Below are positions 21,105-31,438 of a stretch of DNA of 64,000 bases, piece after piece. Every line of letters starts with the position of its first letter. Position 1 is the stretch's first letter. The translations under genes and the position numbers were made by a program. Source of the DNA: Hyphomicrobiales bacterium (GTDB lineage: Bacteria > Pseudomonadota > Alphaproteobacteria > Rhizobiales > Beijerinckiaceae); NCBI GenBank assembly GCA_947455645.1, contig CANGPA010000005.1:319-64318 (forward strand), read 5' to 3'. Below the pieces are notes generated by a model. That model did no database searches and was not told the DNA's origin. It saw only the letters and a program-made list of their open reading frames with translations.

Positions 21105-21884
21105 ATGGTTGAACTCACGCTTCCCAAAAATTCACGCGTGGTGGAAGGCAAGATCTGGCCGAAGCCGCAAGGGGCGAAACGCCTCACCGAATTCAGGATT
21201 TATCGTTATGATCCGGATGGTGAAAACAATCCGCGCGTTGATACGTATTATGTTGATCGCGATGATTGCGGGCCGATGGTGCTTGATGGCATTATCTGGA
21301 TCAAATCGAAGATCGATCCGACGCTGACCTTCCGCCGCTCCTGCCGCGAAGGCATTTGCGGTTCATGCGCGATGAATATCGACGGATTGAATACGCTCGC
21401 CTGCACAAAGGGCATGGATGACGTCGCGCATCCGATCCGCATCCATCCGCTGCCGCATATGCCGGTGATCAAGGACCTTGTGCCTGATCTTACGAATTTC
21501 TACGCGCAACACGCCTCCATTGAACCGTGGCTGCACACGTCAACGCCTGCGCCTGAAAAAGAATGGAAGCAATCGCGCGAAGACCGCGAGAAACTCGATG
21601 GTCTTTATGAGTGCATTCTCTGCGCGAGTTGCTCGACCTCGTGCCCGAGCTATTGGTGGAATGGTGATCGCTATCTCGGCCCCGCGACTTTGTTGCAAGC
21701 CTATCGTTGGTTGATCGATTCCCGTGATGAAGCCACAGGCGAACGCCTTGATCGTCTCGAAGATCCGTTCCGGCTCTATCGCTGCCACACAATCATGAAT
21801 TGCGCGAACACCTGCCCGAAGGGCTTGAACCCCGCAAAGGCCATCGCCGAAATCAAGAAGATGATGGTGGAGAGACGGGTTTAA
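21105..21884 (+). CDS. sdhB: succinate dehydrogenase iron-sulfur subunit
   Basis: [25 protein letters not shown] and [12 protein letters not shown] cluster motifs. Confidence 0.97.
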   Translation: MVELTLPKNSRVVEGKIWPKPQGAKRLTEFRIYRYDPDGENNPRVDTYYVDRDDCGPMVLDGIIWIKSKIDPTLTFRRSCREGICGSCAMNIDGLNTLACTKGMDDVAHPIRIHPLPHMPVIKDLVPDLTNFYAQHASIEPWLHTSTPAPEKEWKQSREDREKLDGLYECILCASCSTSCPSYWWNGDRYLGPATLLQAYRWLIDSRDEATGERLDRLEDPFRLYRCHTIMNCANTCPKGLNPAKAIAEIKKMMVERRV

Positions 21885-21904
21885 GGGGCATCTTACAGAA
21901 CAAC

Positions 21905-21935
21905 AAAAAACCCGCCTTTCGGCGGGTTTTGCTTT
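21905..21935. terminator. bidirectional rho-independent terminator (sdhB / hslO)
   Basis: AAAAAA-CCCGCC-TTTC-GGCGGG-TTTTGCTTT. Confidence 0.75.
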
Positions 21936-21960
21936 GCGCCCTTTGCGCCAAGGCTTCGGT

Positions 21961-22902
21961 CTAAAGCCCCGCTTCGCTCGGCGGCACGGTGTAACGGGTG
22001 GAGCAGAATTCGCAGGTGACGCCGATGGTGCCGTCATCTGCGATCATGGCTTTGCGGTCTTCGACGGGGAAGCTTTGCAACATTGTGAGAATGCGCTCGC
22101 GCGAGCAGCGGCATTTGGCCGTCACCGGCTCGGCATCAAACACACGCACGCCATTTTCATGAAAGAGGCGATACAGAAGCCCTTCGCTCGCAAGCATTGG
22201 ATCAATCAATTCATGATCTTCAATCGTGTCGATCAGCGCACGCGCTTCAACCCATGCATCGTCGTCGCCGGATTGTAAAATCGTGGCGCCCTCGGGCGCA
22301 TCTCCCGGATGCAGATCGGCCTGTCTTTGCCGCTCGGGCGAGGTGGGCATGAATTGCGCCATCAATCCGCCGGCGCGCCATCCGGGTCTTGCCTCACCGG
22401 AAGGGTCGGCATGCATCACGCGGCCCACAGCCAAACGCACGCGCGTCGGAATTTGCTCGGATTGCCGAAAATATTGTTGCGCGGCGGCTTCAAGCCCCTG
22501 CCCGTCTAGCGCGACAATGCCTTGATAGCGCGACATGTCGGCACCTTGATCGATGGTGAGGCCCAATTGACCACGCCCCAAAGCGTCAGCCAACGACATG
22601 CCGGTCACAAGGCGATCCCGCTCAAAACTCGCATAGCCGCGCACGCGATCGGGCGCTTCATAATCCACCACAATCATCGCCACCGGCCCGTCGGTGCGTG
22701 TTTGAATTTGAAAGCGCCCTTCAAATTTCAACGCACTGCCCAAAAGCACGGCGAGCGATACCGCTTGCGCAAGCACTTCGGAGACAACATCCGGATAATC
22801 ATGTCCGGTGAGAATCGTATCAATCGCCGAACCGAGACGAACGACGCGGCCGCGCAAATCGAGTGTTTCGACCGCATAAGGCAGAACAGCATTGTCTTGC
22901 AT
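21961..22902 (-). CDS. hslO: Hsp33-family redox chaperone
   Basis: C-terminal zinc centre CRCSRERI...CEFCSTRY. The ATG at 22902 lies 3 nt after the argF stop. Confidence 0.9.
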   Translation of the reverse strand: MQDNAVLPYAVETLDLRGRVVRLGSAIDTILTGHDYPDVVSEVLAQAVSLAVLLGSALKFEGRFQIQTRTDGPVAMIVVDYEAPDRVRGYASFERDRLVTGMSLADALGRGQLGLTIDQGADMSRYQGIVALDGQGLEAAAQQYFRQSEQIPTRVRLAVGRVMHADPSGEARPGWRAGGLMAQFMPTSPERQRQADLHPGDAPEGATILQSGDDDAWVEARALIDTIEDHELIDPMLASEGLLYRLFHENGVRVFDAEPVTAKCRCSRERILTMLQSFPVEDRKAMIADDGTIGVTCEFCSTRYTVPPSEAGL

Positions 22903-22904
22903 GA

Positions 22905-23840
22905 TCAGGCGAGCGCTCCGAAGCACCAGGCCAGCACGCCCTTTTGGGCATGAAGGCGATTTTCTGCTTCATCAAACACAACGCTTTGCGCGCCGTCCAT
23001 CACCTCATCAGTGACTTCCTCACCGCGATGCGCGGGCAGACAATGCATGAACAGCGCCTTCGATGAGGCGCGTTGCATGAGTTTCGTGTTGACCTGATAG
23101 GGCAGCAATAAATTATGGCGGCGGCCGGCATCTTCATCGCCCATCGACACCCAGCAATCGGTCACGATGCAATCGGCACCGTCGGCCGCATCATGGGGGC
23201 TACGTGTCACGGTCACCCGCGCGCCTTCTTTACGCGCCCATGCAATCAATTCCGCCGATGGGGACAATTCTTCGGGTGCGGCGATCACAAGCTGGAAATC
23301 AAACCGCGCCGCAGCATGAACCCATGAGGCCAGCACATTGTTTGAGTCACCCATCCAAGCGACTTTTTTGCCTTGGATGGACCCGCGATGTTCCTCATAG
23401 GTCATGACATCCGCCATGACCTGACAGGGATGCGAGACTTTCGTGAGGCCGTTGATGACGGGCACCGACGCATTCTCCGCAAGCTCACGCACTTTGGCGT
23501 GATCCAATGTGCGGATCATAATCGCATCGACATAGCGCGAGAGCACACGCGCCGTATCGGCGATGGTCTCGCCGCGACCCAACTGCATTTCGGCACCGGT
23601 GAGCATGATTGTTTCGCCGCCAAGTTCCCGCATGCCGACATCAAACGACACACGCGTGCGCGTTGAGGGCTTATCAAAAATCATCGCCAAGACTTTGCCG
23701 GCCAAGGGCTTGGGCATTGTGGCGCGATCTGTCGTGCGCGCGGTTTTGATGCGCGATGCGCCATCGAGAATGCTGCGCAATGTGGCGGTCGAAAAATCAC
23801 TCAGATCCAGAAAATGCTGGGGTGTCGATTTGGATGCCAT
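22905..23840 (-). CDS. argF: ornithine carbamoyltransferase
   Basis: STRTRVSF carbamoyl-phosphate motif and [10 protein letters not shown]. Confidence 0.95.
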   Translation of the reverse strand: MASKSTPQHFLDLSDFSTATLRSILDGASRIKTARTTDRATMPKPLAGKVLAMIFDKPSTRTRVSFDVGMRELGGETIMLTGAEMQLGRGETIADTARVLSRYVDAIMIRTLDHAKVRELAENASVPVINGLTKVSHPCQVMADVMTYEEHRGSIQGKKVAWMGDSNNVLASWVHAAARFDFQLVIAAPEELSPSAELIAWARKEGARVTVTRSPHDAADGADCIVTDCWVSMGDEDAGRRHNLLLPYQVNTKLMQRASSKALFMHCLPAHRGEEVTDEVMDGAQSVVFDEAENRLHAQKGVLAWCFGALA

Positions 23841-23842
23841 GA

Positions 23843-25078
23843 TCAGGCTGTGCTCCCTGCGCCGGATAATCCGCGCTCATGTTCAAGGCGCATCGCAGCG
23901 GCATCAAGCCGCCGAATGGCCTCATCAATCAAAGACTCGTCAATGATCAGCGGTGGCAAAAGGCGCACGACATTATCGCCCGCGCCCACCGCCAGCATCT
24001 TGCCCTTCAGAAGGGCTGCGGTGAGTTCAGTATTGGGTATCGCGGTTTTAATCCCCATCAACAGACCTTCGCCGCGGATTTCGGCAATCACGCGCGGATG
24101 GCGGTCTTTCAACGCGGCAAGTTTCTGTTTGAACAGAAGCGCCATCGCCGACACATGATCAAGAAAACCCGGCGCGAGCATCACATCCATCACCGCATTG
24201 CCAACAGCCATAGCGAGAGGATTGCCGCCAAAGGTTGTGCCATGCGAACCCGCGGTCATGCCTTTGCCGGCTTCGCGCGTGGCAAGGCACGCGCCCATCG
24301 GAAAACCGCCGCCAATGCCTTTGGCCAGCGCCATAATGTCAGGCGTCACGCCGCTGCGCTGATGCGCGAAGAGGTGACCCGTCCTCCCCATGCCGCATTG
24401 GACTTCATCAAAAATCAACAGGAGACCATGCTGGTCGCACAACGCGCGCAACCCGCGCAAACATTGGGTGGGCACAACGCGCACACCGCCTTCGCCCTGA
24501 ATGGGCTCGATCAGGATGGCGGCTGTCTCCGGTGTAATGGCTTTTTCAATCGCCTCGTGATCGGCGAAAGGCACTTGGTCAAAGCCGTCCACTTTGGGGC
24601 CGAACCCTTCAAGATATTTCTGCTGACCGCCTGCTGCGAGCGTTGCCAAGGTCCGGCCGTGAAACGCGCCTTCAAAAGTGACGATACGGAATTTCTCCGG
24701 ATGTCCGCTTGCGGCGTGATATTTACGAGCCATTTTAATCGCACATTCAAGCGCTTCGGCGCCCGAATTGGTAAAGAACACCGTATCGGCGAAGCTATGC
24801 TCCACCAGACGCTGCGCCAGCCGCTCACCGTCCGGTATCTGGTAGAGATTGGACGTGTGCCAGAGTTTCTCGGCTTGCGCCTTGAGCGCCGCAACAAGAT
24901 GCGGATGGGCATGACCCAACGCATTCACCGCAATGCCGGAACCGAAATCGAGATAGCGATCGCCCTTTGTATCAAAGAGCCACGCGCCTTCGCCGCGCTC
25001 AAAGCCGATATCAAGACGCGCAAAGGTCGGTAACAACGCGGATGGCGAAGATGATGAGGCGGAATTGGTCCCGGCCAT
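23843..25078 (-). CDS. argD: acetylornithine aminotransferase (class III)
   Basis: [15 protein letters not shown] and [11 protein letters not shown] motifs. It lies upstream of argF. The ATG at 25078 has a GGGAG RBS. Confidence 0.9.
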   Translation of the reverse strand: MAGTNSASSSSPSALLPTFARLDIGFERGEGAWLFDTKGDRYLDFGSGIAVNALGHAHPHLVAALKAQAEKLWHTSNLYQIPDGERLAQRLVEHSFADTVFFTNSGAEALECAIKMARKYHAASGHPEKFRIVTFEGAFHGRTLATLAAGGQQKYLEGFGPKVDGFDQVPFADHEAIEKAITPETAAILIEPIQGEGGVRVVPTQCLRGLRALCDQHGLLLIFDEVQCGMGRTGHLFAHQRSGVTPDIMALAKGIGGGFPMGACLATREAGKGMTAGSHGTTFGGNPLAMAVGNAVMDVMLAPGFLDHVSAMALLFKQKLAALKDRHPRVIAEIRGEGLLMGIKTAIPNTELTAALLKGKMLAVGAGDNVVRLLPPLIIDESLIDEAIRRLDAAAMRLEHERGLSGAGSTA

Positions 25079-25234
25079 GGTGACTGGCTCCCGGAAAGCG
25101 GCGTGAAAAAACAAAAATGGCCGCCCTCAAGGGACGGCACATTGAGAGCGCTTTATAACATGGCCAAGCGTCAAACTGTCAATGCAAACGGAGGCGGGTC
25201 GGGTCCGATGGACCCAATTCGGGTCTTGCCGGGT

Positions 25235-25243
25235 TTATCCACT
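25235..25243 (+). promoter_or_regulatory. DnaA-box-like site upstream of gcrA
   Basis: TTATCCACT matches TTATCCACA at 8 of 9 positions. Confidence 0.5.
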
Positions 25244-25263
25244 GCTCATCCTTGGGGAAAACC

Positions 25264-25297
25264 GAATCGCTGACTCTCCGACTCTTGCCGCCGAGTC
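25264..25297. promoter_or_regulatory. cluster of four GANTC (CcrM-type) sites
   Basis: GAATC 25264-25268, GACTC 25272-25276, GACTC 25280-25284, GAGTC 25293-25297. CTGACTC and GAGTCAG form a 7-bp inverted repeat. Confidence 0.6.
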
Positions 25298-25447
25298 AGC
25301 CCATATTGTAGGTTGTGCTCGCGTCAAACACGACATCTGGTGTTGTTTTCCGGCACCTCTTTTTGGCCTCAAAGCCGTCGAAAAGGGGAGCGTTGATGGA
25401 TTCCACCTGATGCTTGCAGGGGCGCTTTGGAAGAAGTGAGGAAATCG

Positions 25448-26005
25448 ATGTCCTGGACCGATGAACGGGTTGAATTGCTCCGCAAGCTTTGGAACCAGGG
25501 CCTCAGCGCCAGCCAAATCGCGGCCGAACTCGCAAACGGCATCACGCGCAATGCGGTGATCGGCAAAGTGCATCGTTTGGGTCTTTCGGGCCGCGCTAAG
25601 ACGCCGTCCTCTCAAGTGGCGCGTCCTCGCAAAATCACGCGCGCGCCGAGCCATCCGCTCACCCATTCTCCCAACCGCGCGACACTGGGTGCCTATTCCT
25701 CCGCAGCAGCAGGCCAAGCGGCCGTGCGCGGCAATCTCGCGCTGAGCGCCAGCGCCGCAGTAAGCCCCGCCGTCGAGCCGGTCGCGGCCTATAATCCGGA
25801 ACCCTTCGAGGATGTTGTGGTCCCGATGTCGGAACGGATTTCGATTATGGAATTGCGCGAGGCAACCTGCCGGTGGCCCTTTGGCGATCCGTCTTCGCCG
25901 GATTTCCGCTTCTGCGGTGCGGAGTCGCCCGTGGGCACGCCCTATTGCGCGTTTCATTCGCGCATTGCTTATCAGCCCTCAAGCGACCGCCGCAAAAAGA
26001 ACTGA
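25448..26005 (+). CDS. gcrA: cell-cycle regulator GcrA
   Basis: MSWTDERVELLRKLWNQGLSASQIAAELANGITRNAVIGKVHRLGLSGR plus the conserved C-terminus CRWPFGDP...YCAFH. Confidence 0.95.
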   Translation: MSWTDERVELLRKLWNQGLSASQIAAELANGITRNAVIGKVHRLGLSGRAKTPSSQVARPRKITRAPSHPLTHSPNRATLGAYSSAAAGQAAVRGNLALSASAAVSPAVEPVAAYNPEPFEDVVVPMSERISIMELREATCRWPFGDPSSPDFRFCGAESPVGTPYCAFHSRIAYQPSSDRRKKN

Positions 26006-26022
26006 CAGCTCGCGGTTTCTTT

Positions 26023-26730
26023 TCAGGCCTTGCGTCCAAAATTTTCGTCGAAGGAATAGCCTGCCCCGCGCACGGTCCGCACCGGATCGCGTTCACGCGG
26101 TTTGTTGAGCGCTTTGCGCAAGCGACCGACATGCACGTCAACCGTGCGCTCATCAATGTCGGAATCCATGCCCCAGACATGATCAAGCAATTGACCACGC
26201 GTGAAGACGCGGCCGGGCCGCTCCATTAAAAATTCAAGCAGGCGGAATTCGGTGGGACCGAGATGCAGATCGCGCGATCCCCGTTTAACGCGATGACTTA
26301 CGCGATCGAGCATTAGTTCGCCCGCTTCAAGCGACGTGGCCACACGATTGGGCGATGCGCGCCGCAATAGGGCCCGTACACGCGCGAGCAATTCCGGAAC
26401 TGAAAAGGGTTTAACAATGTAATCATCAGCACCGGTGGCAAGGCCACGCACGCGCTCGCTTTCTTCGCCGCGCGCCGTCAACAGAATGATCGGCAGGCTT
26501 TGCGTTTCCGGCCGCTGCCTGATGCGGCGGCACAGTTCAATTCCGGACAGGCCCGGCAACATCCAATCCAGCAAAACGAGATCGGGGACTTGCTCGCGCA
26601 GCATCAATTCCGCATCATCGCCGCGCATCGCGATGTCAACCTTGTAGCCTTCCGATTCAAGATTGTATCGCAAGAGAAGGCCAAGCGGCTCTTCATCTTC
26701 AACCACCAGAATATGAGGACGCGCTGTCAT
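26023..26730 (-). CDS. phoB: phosphate regulon response regulator
   Basis: Receiver domain (ILVVEDEE, DWMLPGLSG) plus an OmpR-type wHTH. It follows phoU. Confidence 0.95.
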   Translation of the reverse strand: MTARPHILVVEDEEPLGLLLRYNLESEGYKVDIAMRGDDAELMLREQVPDLVLLDWMLPGLSGIELCRRIRQRPETQSLPIILLTARGEESERVRGLATGADDYIVKPFSVPELLARVRALLRRASPNRVATSLEAGELMLDRVSHRVKRGSRDLHLGPTEFRLLEFLMERPGRVFTRGQLLDHVWGMDSDIDERTVDVHVGRLRKALNKPRERDPVRTVRGAGYSFDENFGRKA

Positions 26731-26761
26731 ACCACAAACCTGATTCCGAAAGGATAGATAC

Positions 26762-27469
26762 TCAGCCTGTTGTCAAAGGCGTATAGGCATCGGCATTGCG
26801 CGGACGATCCGCGACAATCGCTTCACCCGTTACGAGATAATGAATTGTTTCGGCGATATTGGTGGCGTGATCACCAATCCGTTCGATGTTCTTCGTGGAG
26901 AAGAGAAGATGGGCGCAGAAGCCGATATTGCGCGGGTCTTCCATCATATAGGTCAGCAATTCACGGAAGAGTGAATTATAGAGCTGATCGATTTCTTCAT
27001 CATGCTCCCACACATCCAGAGCCGCAGCGACATCACGATGCGCATAAGCATCCAACACGCGATGCAACCGCTCCAGCGCCAAATCGCTGATATGAACCAC
27101 GCCGCCGACGATTTTCTGCGGCGCAAATTGTCCATCCATCGCCACCACACGCTTGCCGACATTTTTCGCGAGATCGCCGATGCGTTCAATATCGCTCGCA
27201 ATGCGGATGGCTGAGACCAGAGCACGCAAATCAATCGCCATAGGCTGACGCCGCGCAATAGTGAGAATCGCTTTTTCCTCGATCTCGCGTTCAAGCGCAT
27301 CAAGTTTGGGATCGGTAGCGATCACGCGTTGCGCCAGTTCGGTATCGCCTTTCACAAGCGCTTCAATGGCATGGGTGAGCATGGTTTCAGCAATGCCACC
27401 CATTTCGGTGATCTTGCGACCGATCTCCATCAATTCATCGTCATAAGCACGGACGGTATGATCGCTCAT
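26762..27469 (-). CDS. phoU: phosphate signalling protein PhoU
   Basis: 235 aa with two PhoU repeats (ERIGDLAKN and ERIGDHATN). Confidence 0.95.
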   Translation of the reverse strand: MSDHTVRAYDDELMEIGRKITEMGGIAETMLTHAIEALVKGDTELAQRVIATDPKLDALEREIEEKAILTIARRQPMAIDLRALVSAIRIASDIERIGDLAKNVGKRVVAMDGQFAPQKIVGGVVHISDLALERLHRVLDAYAHRDVAAALDVWEHDEEIDQLYNSLFRELLTYMMEDPRNIGFCAHLLFSTKNIERIGDHATNIAETIHYLVTGEAIVADRPRNADAYTPLTTG

Positions 27470-27498
27470 TCTCTGTTCTCCGTCATCTCGGGGTCCGG

Positions 27499-28254
27499 TC
27501 AGCCGAAGCGACCGGTGATGTAATCTTGTGTGCGCGGGTCACTCGGCGCGGTGAATATCTTGGATGTTTCGCCAAATTCGATCAGCTCGCCCAGATACAT
27601 AAAGGCTGTCCGCTCGGATACGCGCGCGGCCTGCTGCATATTATGGGTGACAATCGCGATGGTGTAATCGTGTTTCAACTCATCGATGAGTTCTTCGATC
27701 TTTGCTGTCGAGATCGGATCAAGCGCCGAGCAGGGCTCGTCAAAGAGAATGACTTCCGGACGAATGGCCACTGTGCGCGCAATGCAAAGCCGTTGCTGCT
27801 GGCCGCCTGAAAGGCTCAACCCGTTGGCACCGAGCTTGTCTTTCACTTCGGTCCAGAGTGCCGCCCGCTTCAACGCGTCTTCAACGCGGCCATCGAGTTC
27901 GGATTTCGAGAGGTTTTCATAGAGCTTGAGACCAAAAGCGATGTTCTCATAAATCGTCATGGGGAACGGTGTCGGCTTTTGAAACACCATTCCGACGCGG
28001 GCGCGCAGAAGATTCAAATCCTGACCGGGCTCGAGAATGTTTTTGCCATCAAAGATCACTTCACCCTCGGCGCGTTGGCCGGGATATAGATCATACATGC
28101 GGTTCAACACCCGCAACAAAGTGGATTTGCCGCAGCCTGACGGACCAATAAAGGCCGTTACTTTATTCGCATAAAGCGGAATCGATATTCCCTTGAGCGC
28201 CAAAGTCGCGCCATAGAAGAATTTGAGGTTTCGAACCGAAATCTTCTCAGTCAT
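27499..28254 (-). CDS. pstB: phosphate ABC transporter ATP-binding protein
   Basis: GPSGCGKST Walker A and [13 protein letters not shown] signature. Confidence 0.97.
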   Translation of the reverse strand: MTEKISVRNLKFFYGATLALKGISIPLYANKVTAFIGPSGCGKSTLLRVLNRMYDLYPGQRAEGEVIFDGKNILEPGQDLNLLRARVGMVFQKPTPFPMTIYENIAFGLKLYENLSKSELDGRVEDALKRAALWTEVKDKLGANGLSLSGGQQQRLCIARTVAIRPEVILFDEPCSALDPISTAKIEELIDELKHDYTIAIVTHNMQQAARVSERTAFMYLGELIEFGETSKIFTAPSDPRTQDYITGRFG

Positions 28255-28306
28255 GCGTGTTCAAGCTCTCGCGGGTGAAGGATCAATCGGGTGATGAGGA
28301 ACGCGG

Positions 28307-29149
28307 TCATTTGTCATGTTTCGAATTGCTCAGAGCGCGTGCGGCAATGTTGAGCGTGAGCACCGCCACAGTGATCAGCAACGCGCCTGTCCAAGCGAGC
28401 TGCTTCATATTGGTGTCGGGCGTATTGATAAAGGTGTTGATCGTGGCCGGAAGGCTTGCCATCGGCTTGAGAAGATTTGAGCTCCAGAAATTATTGGAGA
28501 AGGCGGTGAACAAGAGCGGCGCGGTTTCACCCGCGATACGTGCCACCGCCAGCAAAACACCGGTGATGATACCTGAACGCGCCGCGCGATAGGATACATG
28601 CCACACCACATGCGCGCGCGGCAGGCCCAAAGCCGATGCCGCCTCGCGCAGCGTGTTGGGCACGAGCGACAACATATCTTCGGTTGTGCGCACAACAACG
28701 GGAATGACAATCACGGCGAGCGCCAGCGAACCGGCAAGCGCGGAGAAATGCTTCATCGGCACAACAACCGCACCGTAAATGAAAAGACCAATGATGATCG
28801 ACGGCGCAGACAACAAAATATCATTGATGAAACGGACCGTCGGCGACAATTTTTCGTAGCGGCCATATTCGGCTAGATAGGTGCCCGCGAGAATGCCAAT
28901 GGGTGCGCCAATGCCCACACCGATGACGGTCATCAACAATGTACCAAAAATCGCATTCGCGAGACCGCCATCCTGCTCACCCGGCGGCGGTGTTTGTTCG
29001 ATAAAGGTGCTGAGTGACAGATGCGGCACACCATTCCACACAAGCGAGAACAAAATCAAAAACAGCCACACGATACCGATGACGGTTGCCGCCAAGCACA
29101 GGCTCATCGCCATAGCGTTCCGATAACGTCTGCGGGAATAGTTGGACAT
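28307..29149 (-). CDS. pstA: phosphate ABC transporter permease PstA
   Basis: Permease with the EAASALG motif. The ATG at 29149 lies just after the pstC stop (29151-29153). Confidence 0.9.
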   Translation of the reverse strand: MSNYSRRRYRNAMAMSLCLAATVIGIVWLFLILFSLVWNGVPHLSLSTFIEQTPPPGEQDGGLANAIFGTLLMTVIGVGIGAPIGILAGTYLAEYGRYEKLSPTVRFINDILLSAPSIIIGLFIYGAVVVPMKHFSALAGSLALAVIVIPVVVRTTEDMLSLVPNTLREAASALGLPRAHVVWHVSYRAARSGIITGVLLAVARIAGETAPLLFTAFSNNFWSSNLLKPMASLPATINTFINTPDTNMKQLAWTGALLITVAVLTLNIAARALSNSKHDK

Positions 29150-29150
29150 G

Positions 29151-30155
29151 TTACGCCCCCGCCCGTTTATCAAGCCGCGCAAGCATCAAGCGCGCGGCGG
29201 CCAAAACAATGAATGTCAAAATGAACAAGAGAAGACCGAGATACATCAGCGCGGCGCGATGCACATCGGAGCTTTCAGCAAACTCACTCGCAATCGCAGC
29301 CGATATTGTTGTGCCCGGCGAGAAGATTGATCCATCAATTTGGAAACTGTTACCGATGATGAAGGTCACCGCCATGGTTTCACCCAGCGCACGCCCGAGC
29401 GCCAGCATAATGCCACCGACGAGGCCCACCCGCGTAAACGGGATGACGACGTTTTTGACAACTTCCCATGTCGTGCACCCGATACCGTAAGCGGATTCTT
29501 TCAGCACGGGCGGCACCGTTCCGAACACATCCACCGCAATGGCGGTGATGAACGGTAAAATCATAATCGCCAAAATGAGCGACGCGTTGAACAGGCTGAT
29601 ATTTGAAATCACCTCGGCGCCGAAAATCGTATTCAACACCGGAATATCTTGCACGGCCCACACAATCGCCGGTTCAACATGTTGCGCGAGAAAGGGGCCC
29701 AGAACGAAAAAGCCCCACATGCCATAAATGATTGAGGGCACACCGGCGAGAAGTTCAATCGCCACGCGGATCGGTCGCCGCAGCGGGATCGGGCAAAGCT
29801 CAGTTAGAAATATCGCAACACCCAATCCGAACGGCACCGCAATGATCATCGCAATGAAGGATGTCAGCAGCGTGCCATAGATCGGAGCAAGCGCGCCGAG
29901 AACCGGCTCATCAAGCTGCGGCGCCCAACGGCGTGTAACGAGAAATTCTAGTCCGAAGGCCTGAATCGCGGGCCAAGCGCCAATGACGAGGGAAAGCATA
30001 ATCCCCGCCAGAAGGAGAAGCACACCATAGGCACAAACGCGCGTTACCGTCGAAAAGATCCGGTCGCCCGTGGCCATGGACACCAGCACCTTGGCGCGAT
30101 CCGCCGCGCTTTGGGCAAGAAGGGATACGCGGTGTTCGGATACTGACACAGCCAC
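29151..30155 (-). CDS. pstC: phosphate ABC transporter permease PstC
   Basis: 334 aa permease in the pstSCAB order, with a GTG start. Confidence 0.9.
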   Translation of the reverse strand: MAVSVSEHRVSLLAQSAADRAKVLVSMATGDRIFSTVTRVCAYGVLLLLAGIMLSLVIGAWPAIQAFGLEFLVTRRWAPQLDEPVLGALAPIYGTLLTSFIAMIIAVPFGLGVAIFLTELCPIPLRRPIRVAIELLAGVPSIIYGMWGFFVLGPFLAQHVEPAIVWAVQDIPVLNTIFGAEVISNISLFNASLILAIMILPFITAIAVDVFGTVPPVLKESAYGIGCTTWEVVKNVVIPFTRVGLVGGIMLALGRALGETMAVTFIIGNSFQIDGSIFSPGTTISAAIASEFAESSDVHRAALMYLGLLLFILTFIVLAAARLMLARLDKRAGA

Positions 30156-30200
30156 GCTCCTATTGCTGGCGAAAACCTTTTGTCACAAAGTTTTTATTGA

Positions 30201-30230
30201 CACAGGGAGGACAAAATCGCCCTCCCTGTG
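30201..30230 (-). terminator. intercistronic stem-loop between pstS and pstC
   Basis: CACAGGGAGG-N10-CCTCCCTGTG forms a perfect 10-bp stem, with no clean U-run after it. Confidence 0.5.
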
Positions 30231-30256
30231 AGAGGCATGTTTCGGTGAAAATCAGC

Positions 30257-31270
30257 TTACTTAGCGATTTTCGACCATACCGCAGACTTGACCTTTGCGA
30301 CAACCGAGTCAGGCATCGGGATATAATCGAGTTCTTTTGCCATCGAGCCGCCATTGGCATAGGCCCAATCGAAGAACTTGATCGCAGCTGCTGCGGCTTC
30401 CGCATCATCAGATTCGGTTGGCATGAGGATGAAAGTCGCAACCGTCATCGGCCAAGCGCTGGCGCCTGGTTGATTGGCGAGGACAAGGTTGAAGTGATCA
30501 GCCTTGGACCAATCGGCATTCTGTGCAGCCGCCTGGAAGCTGTCGAATTTTGGCTTCACGCGCTTGCCAGCTGAGTTGATCATGTCGGTGTAAGCAAGGC
30601 CGTTCTGGATTGCGAAGGCGAGCTCAACATAACCAATCGAACCCTTGGTCTGCATGACATTGTTGGCGACGCCATCATTGCCCTTGCCGCCGATGCCGAC
30701 AGGCCATTCAACCGCTTCACCCGTGCCGACTTTTTTCTTGAAGTCTTCATTCACGGCCGAGAGGTAATAGGTGAAGTTATAGGTCGTGCCCGAACCGTCT
30801 GAACGGCGGATCACGATGATCGGAAGATCGGGGAGGCTTGCCTTCGGGTTGAGCGCCTTCAAGGCTGCATCATTCCAACGCTTGATCTTGCCCGAATAGA
30901 TGTCGCCGAGGGTCTGGCCATCGAGAACGAGATCGGATGGGCCCACGCCTTCAATGTTCACGATCGGCACAATGCCGCCCATGACCATCGGCCACTGCAC
31001 GAGGCCGCGCTGATCAAGCCATTCGCCCTTTTGCGGAATGTCCGAACCAGCAAAAGTCACGGTGCGCGCTTCGATCTGCTTGCGACCAGCGCCCGAGCCA
31101 ACGCCCTGATAGTTCACAGCGGCGCCTGTGGCCTTTTTATAGGCATCAGCCCACTTCAAATAAACAGGAGCTGGGAACGTTGCGCCCGCGCCTGAAATGT
31201 CCTTGGCAACTGCTGCCGTAAACGAAACGGCGGCAACAAGGCCGGCCGCAATAAGAGTTGAAATCTTCAC
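30257..31270 (-). CDS. pstS: phosphate-binding protein PstS
   Basis: Signal peptide and ISGAGATFPAPVY motif. GTG start preceded by AGGAGG. Confidence 0.95.
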   Translation of the reverse strand: MKISTLIAAGLVAAVSFTAAVAKDISGAGATFPAPVYLKWADAYKKATGAAVNYQGVGSGAGRKQIEARTVTFAGSDIPQKGEWLDQRGLVQWPMVMGGIVPIVNIEGVGPSDLVLDGQTLGDIYSGKIKRWNDAALKALNPKASLPDLPIIVIRRSDGSGTTYNFTYYLSAVNEDFKKKVGTGEAVEWPVGIGGKGNDGVANNVMQTKGSIGYVELAFAIQNGLAYTDMINSAGKRVKPKFDSFQAAAQNADWSKADHFNLVLANQPGASAWPMTVATFILMPTESDDAEAAAAAIKFFDWAYANGGSMAKELDYIPMPDSVVAKVKSAVWSKIAK

Positions 31271-31389
31271 TGTACTGCCTCCTGGAAAGGGAACCGATGA
31301 ACCCCCCGAGCCGACACCCCCAAGGGGGATCAGCAGGGATCAACGACACGGCACCGATGCACCGATGGCGCCTCTCATAGGCGGGTGCA

Positions 31390-31407
31390 ATGACACATTT
31401 GTGACAG
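31390..31407 (-). promoter_or_regulatory. Pho box upstream of pstS
   Basis: The minus strand reads CTGTCAC-AAAT-GTGTCAT: two 7-bp direct repeats with a 4-bp A/T spacer (11-bp period), 120-137 nt upstream of the pstS start. Confidence 0.7.
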
Positions 31408-31438
31408 TCAGACGACGGTTCTGCGAAGATGGGGAAAA

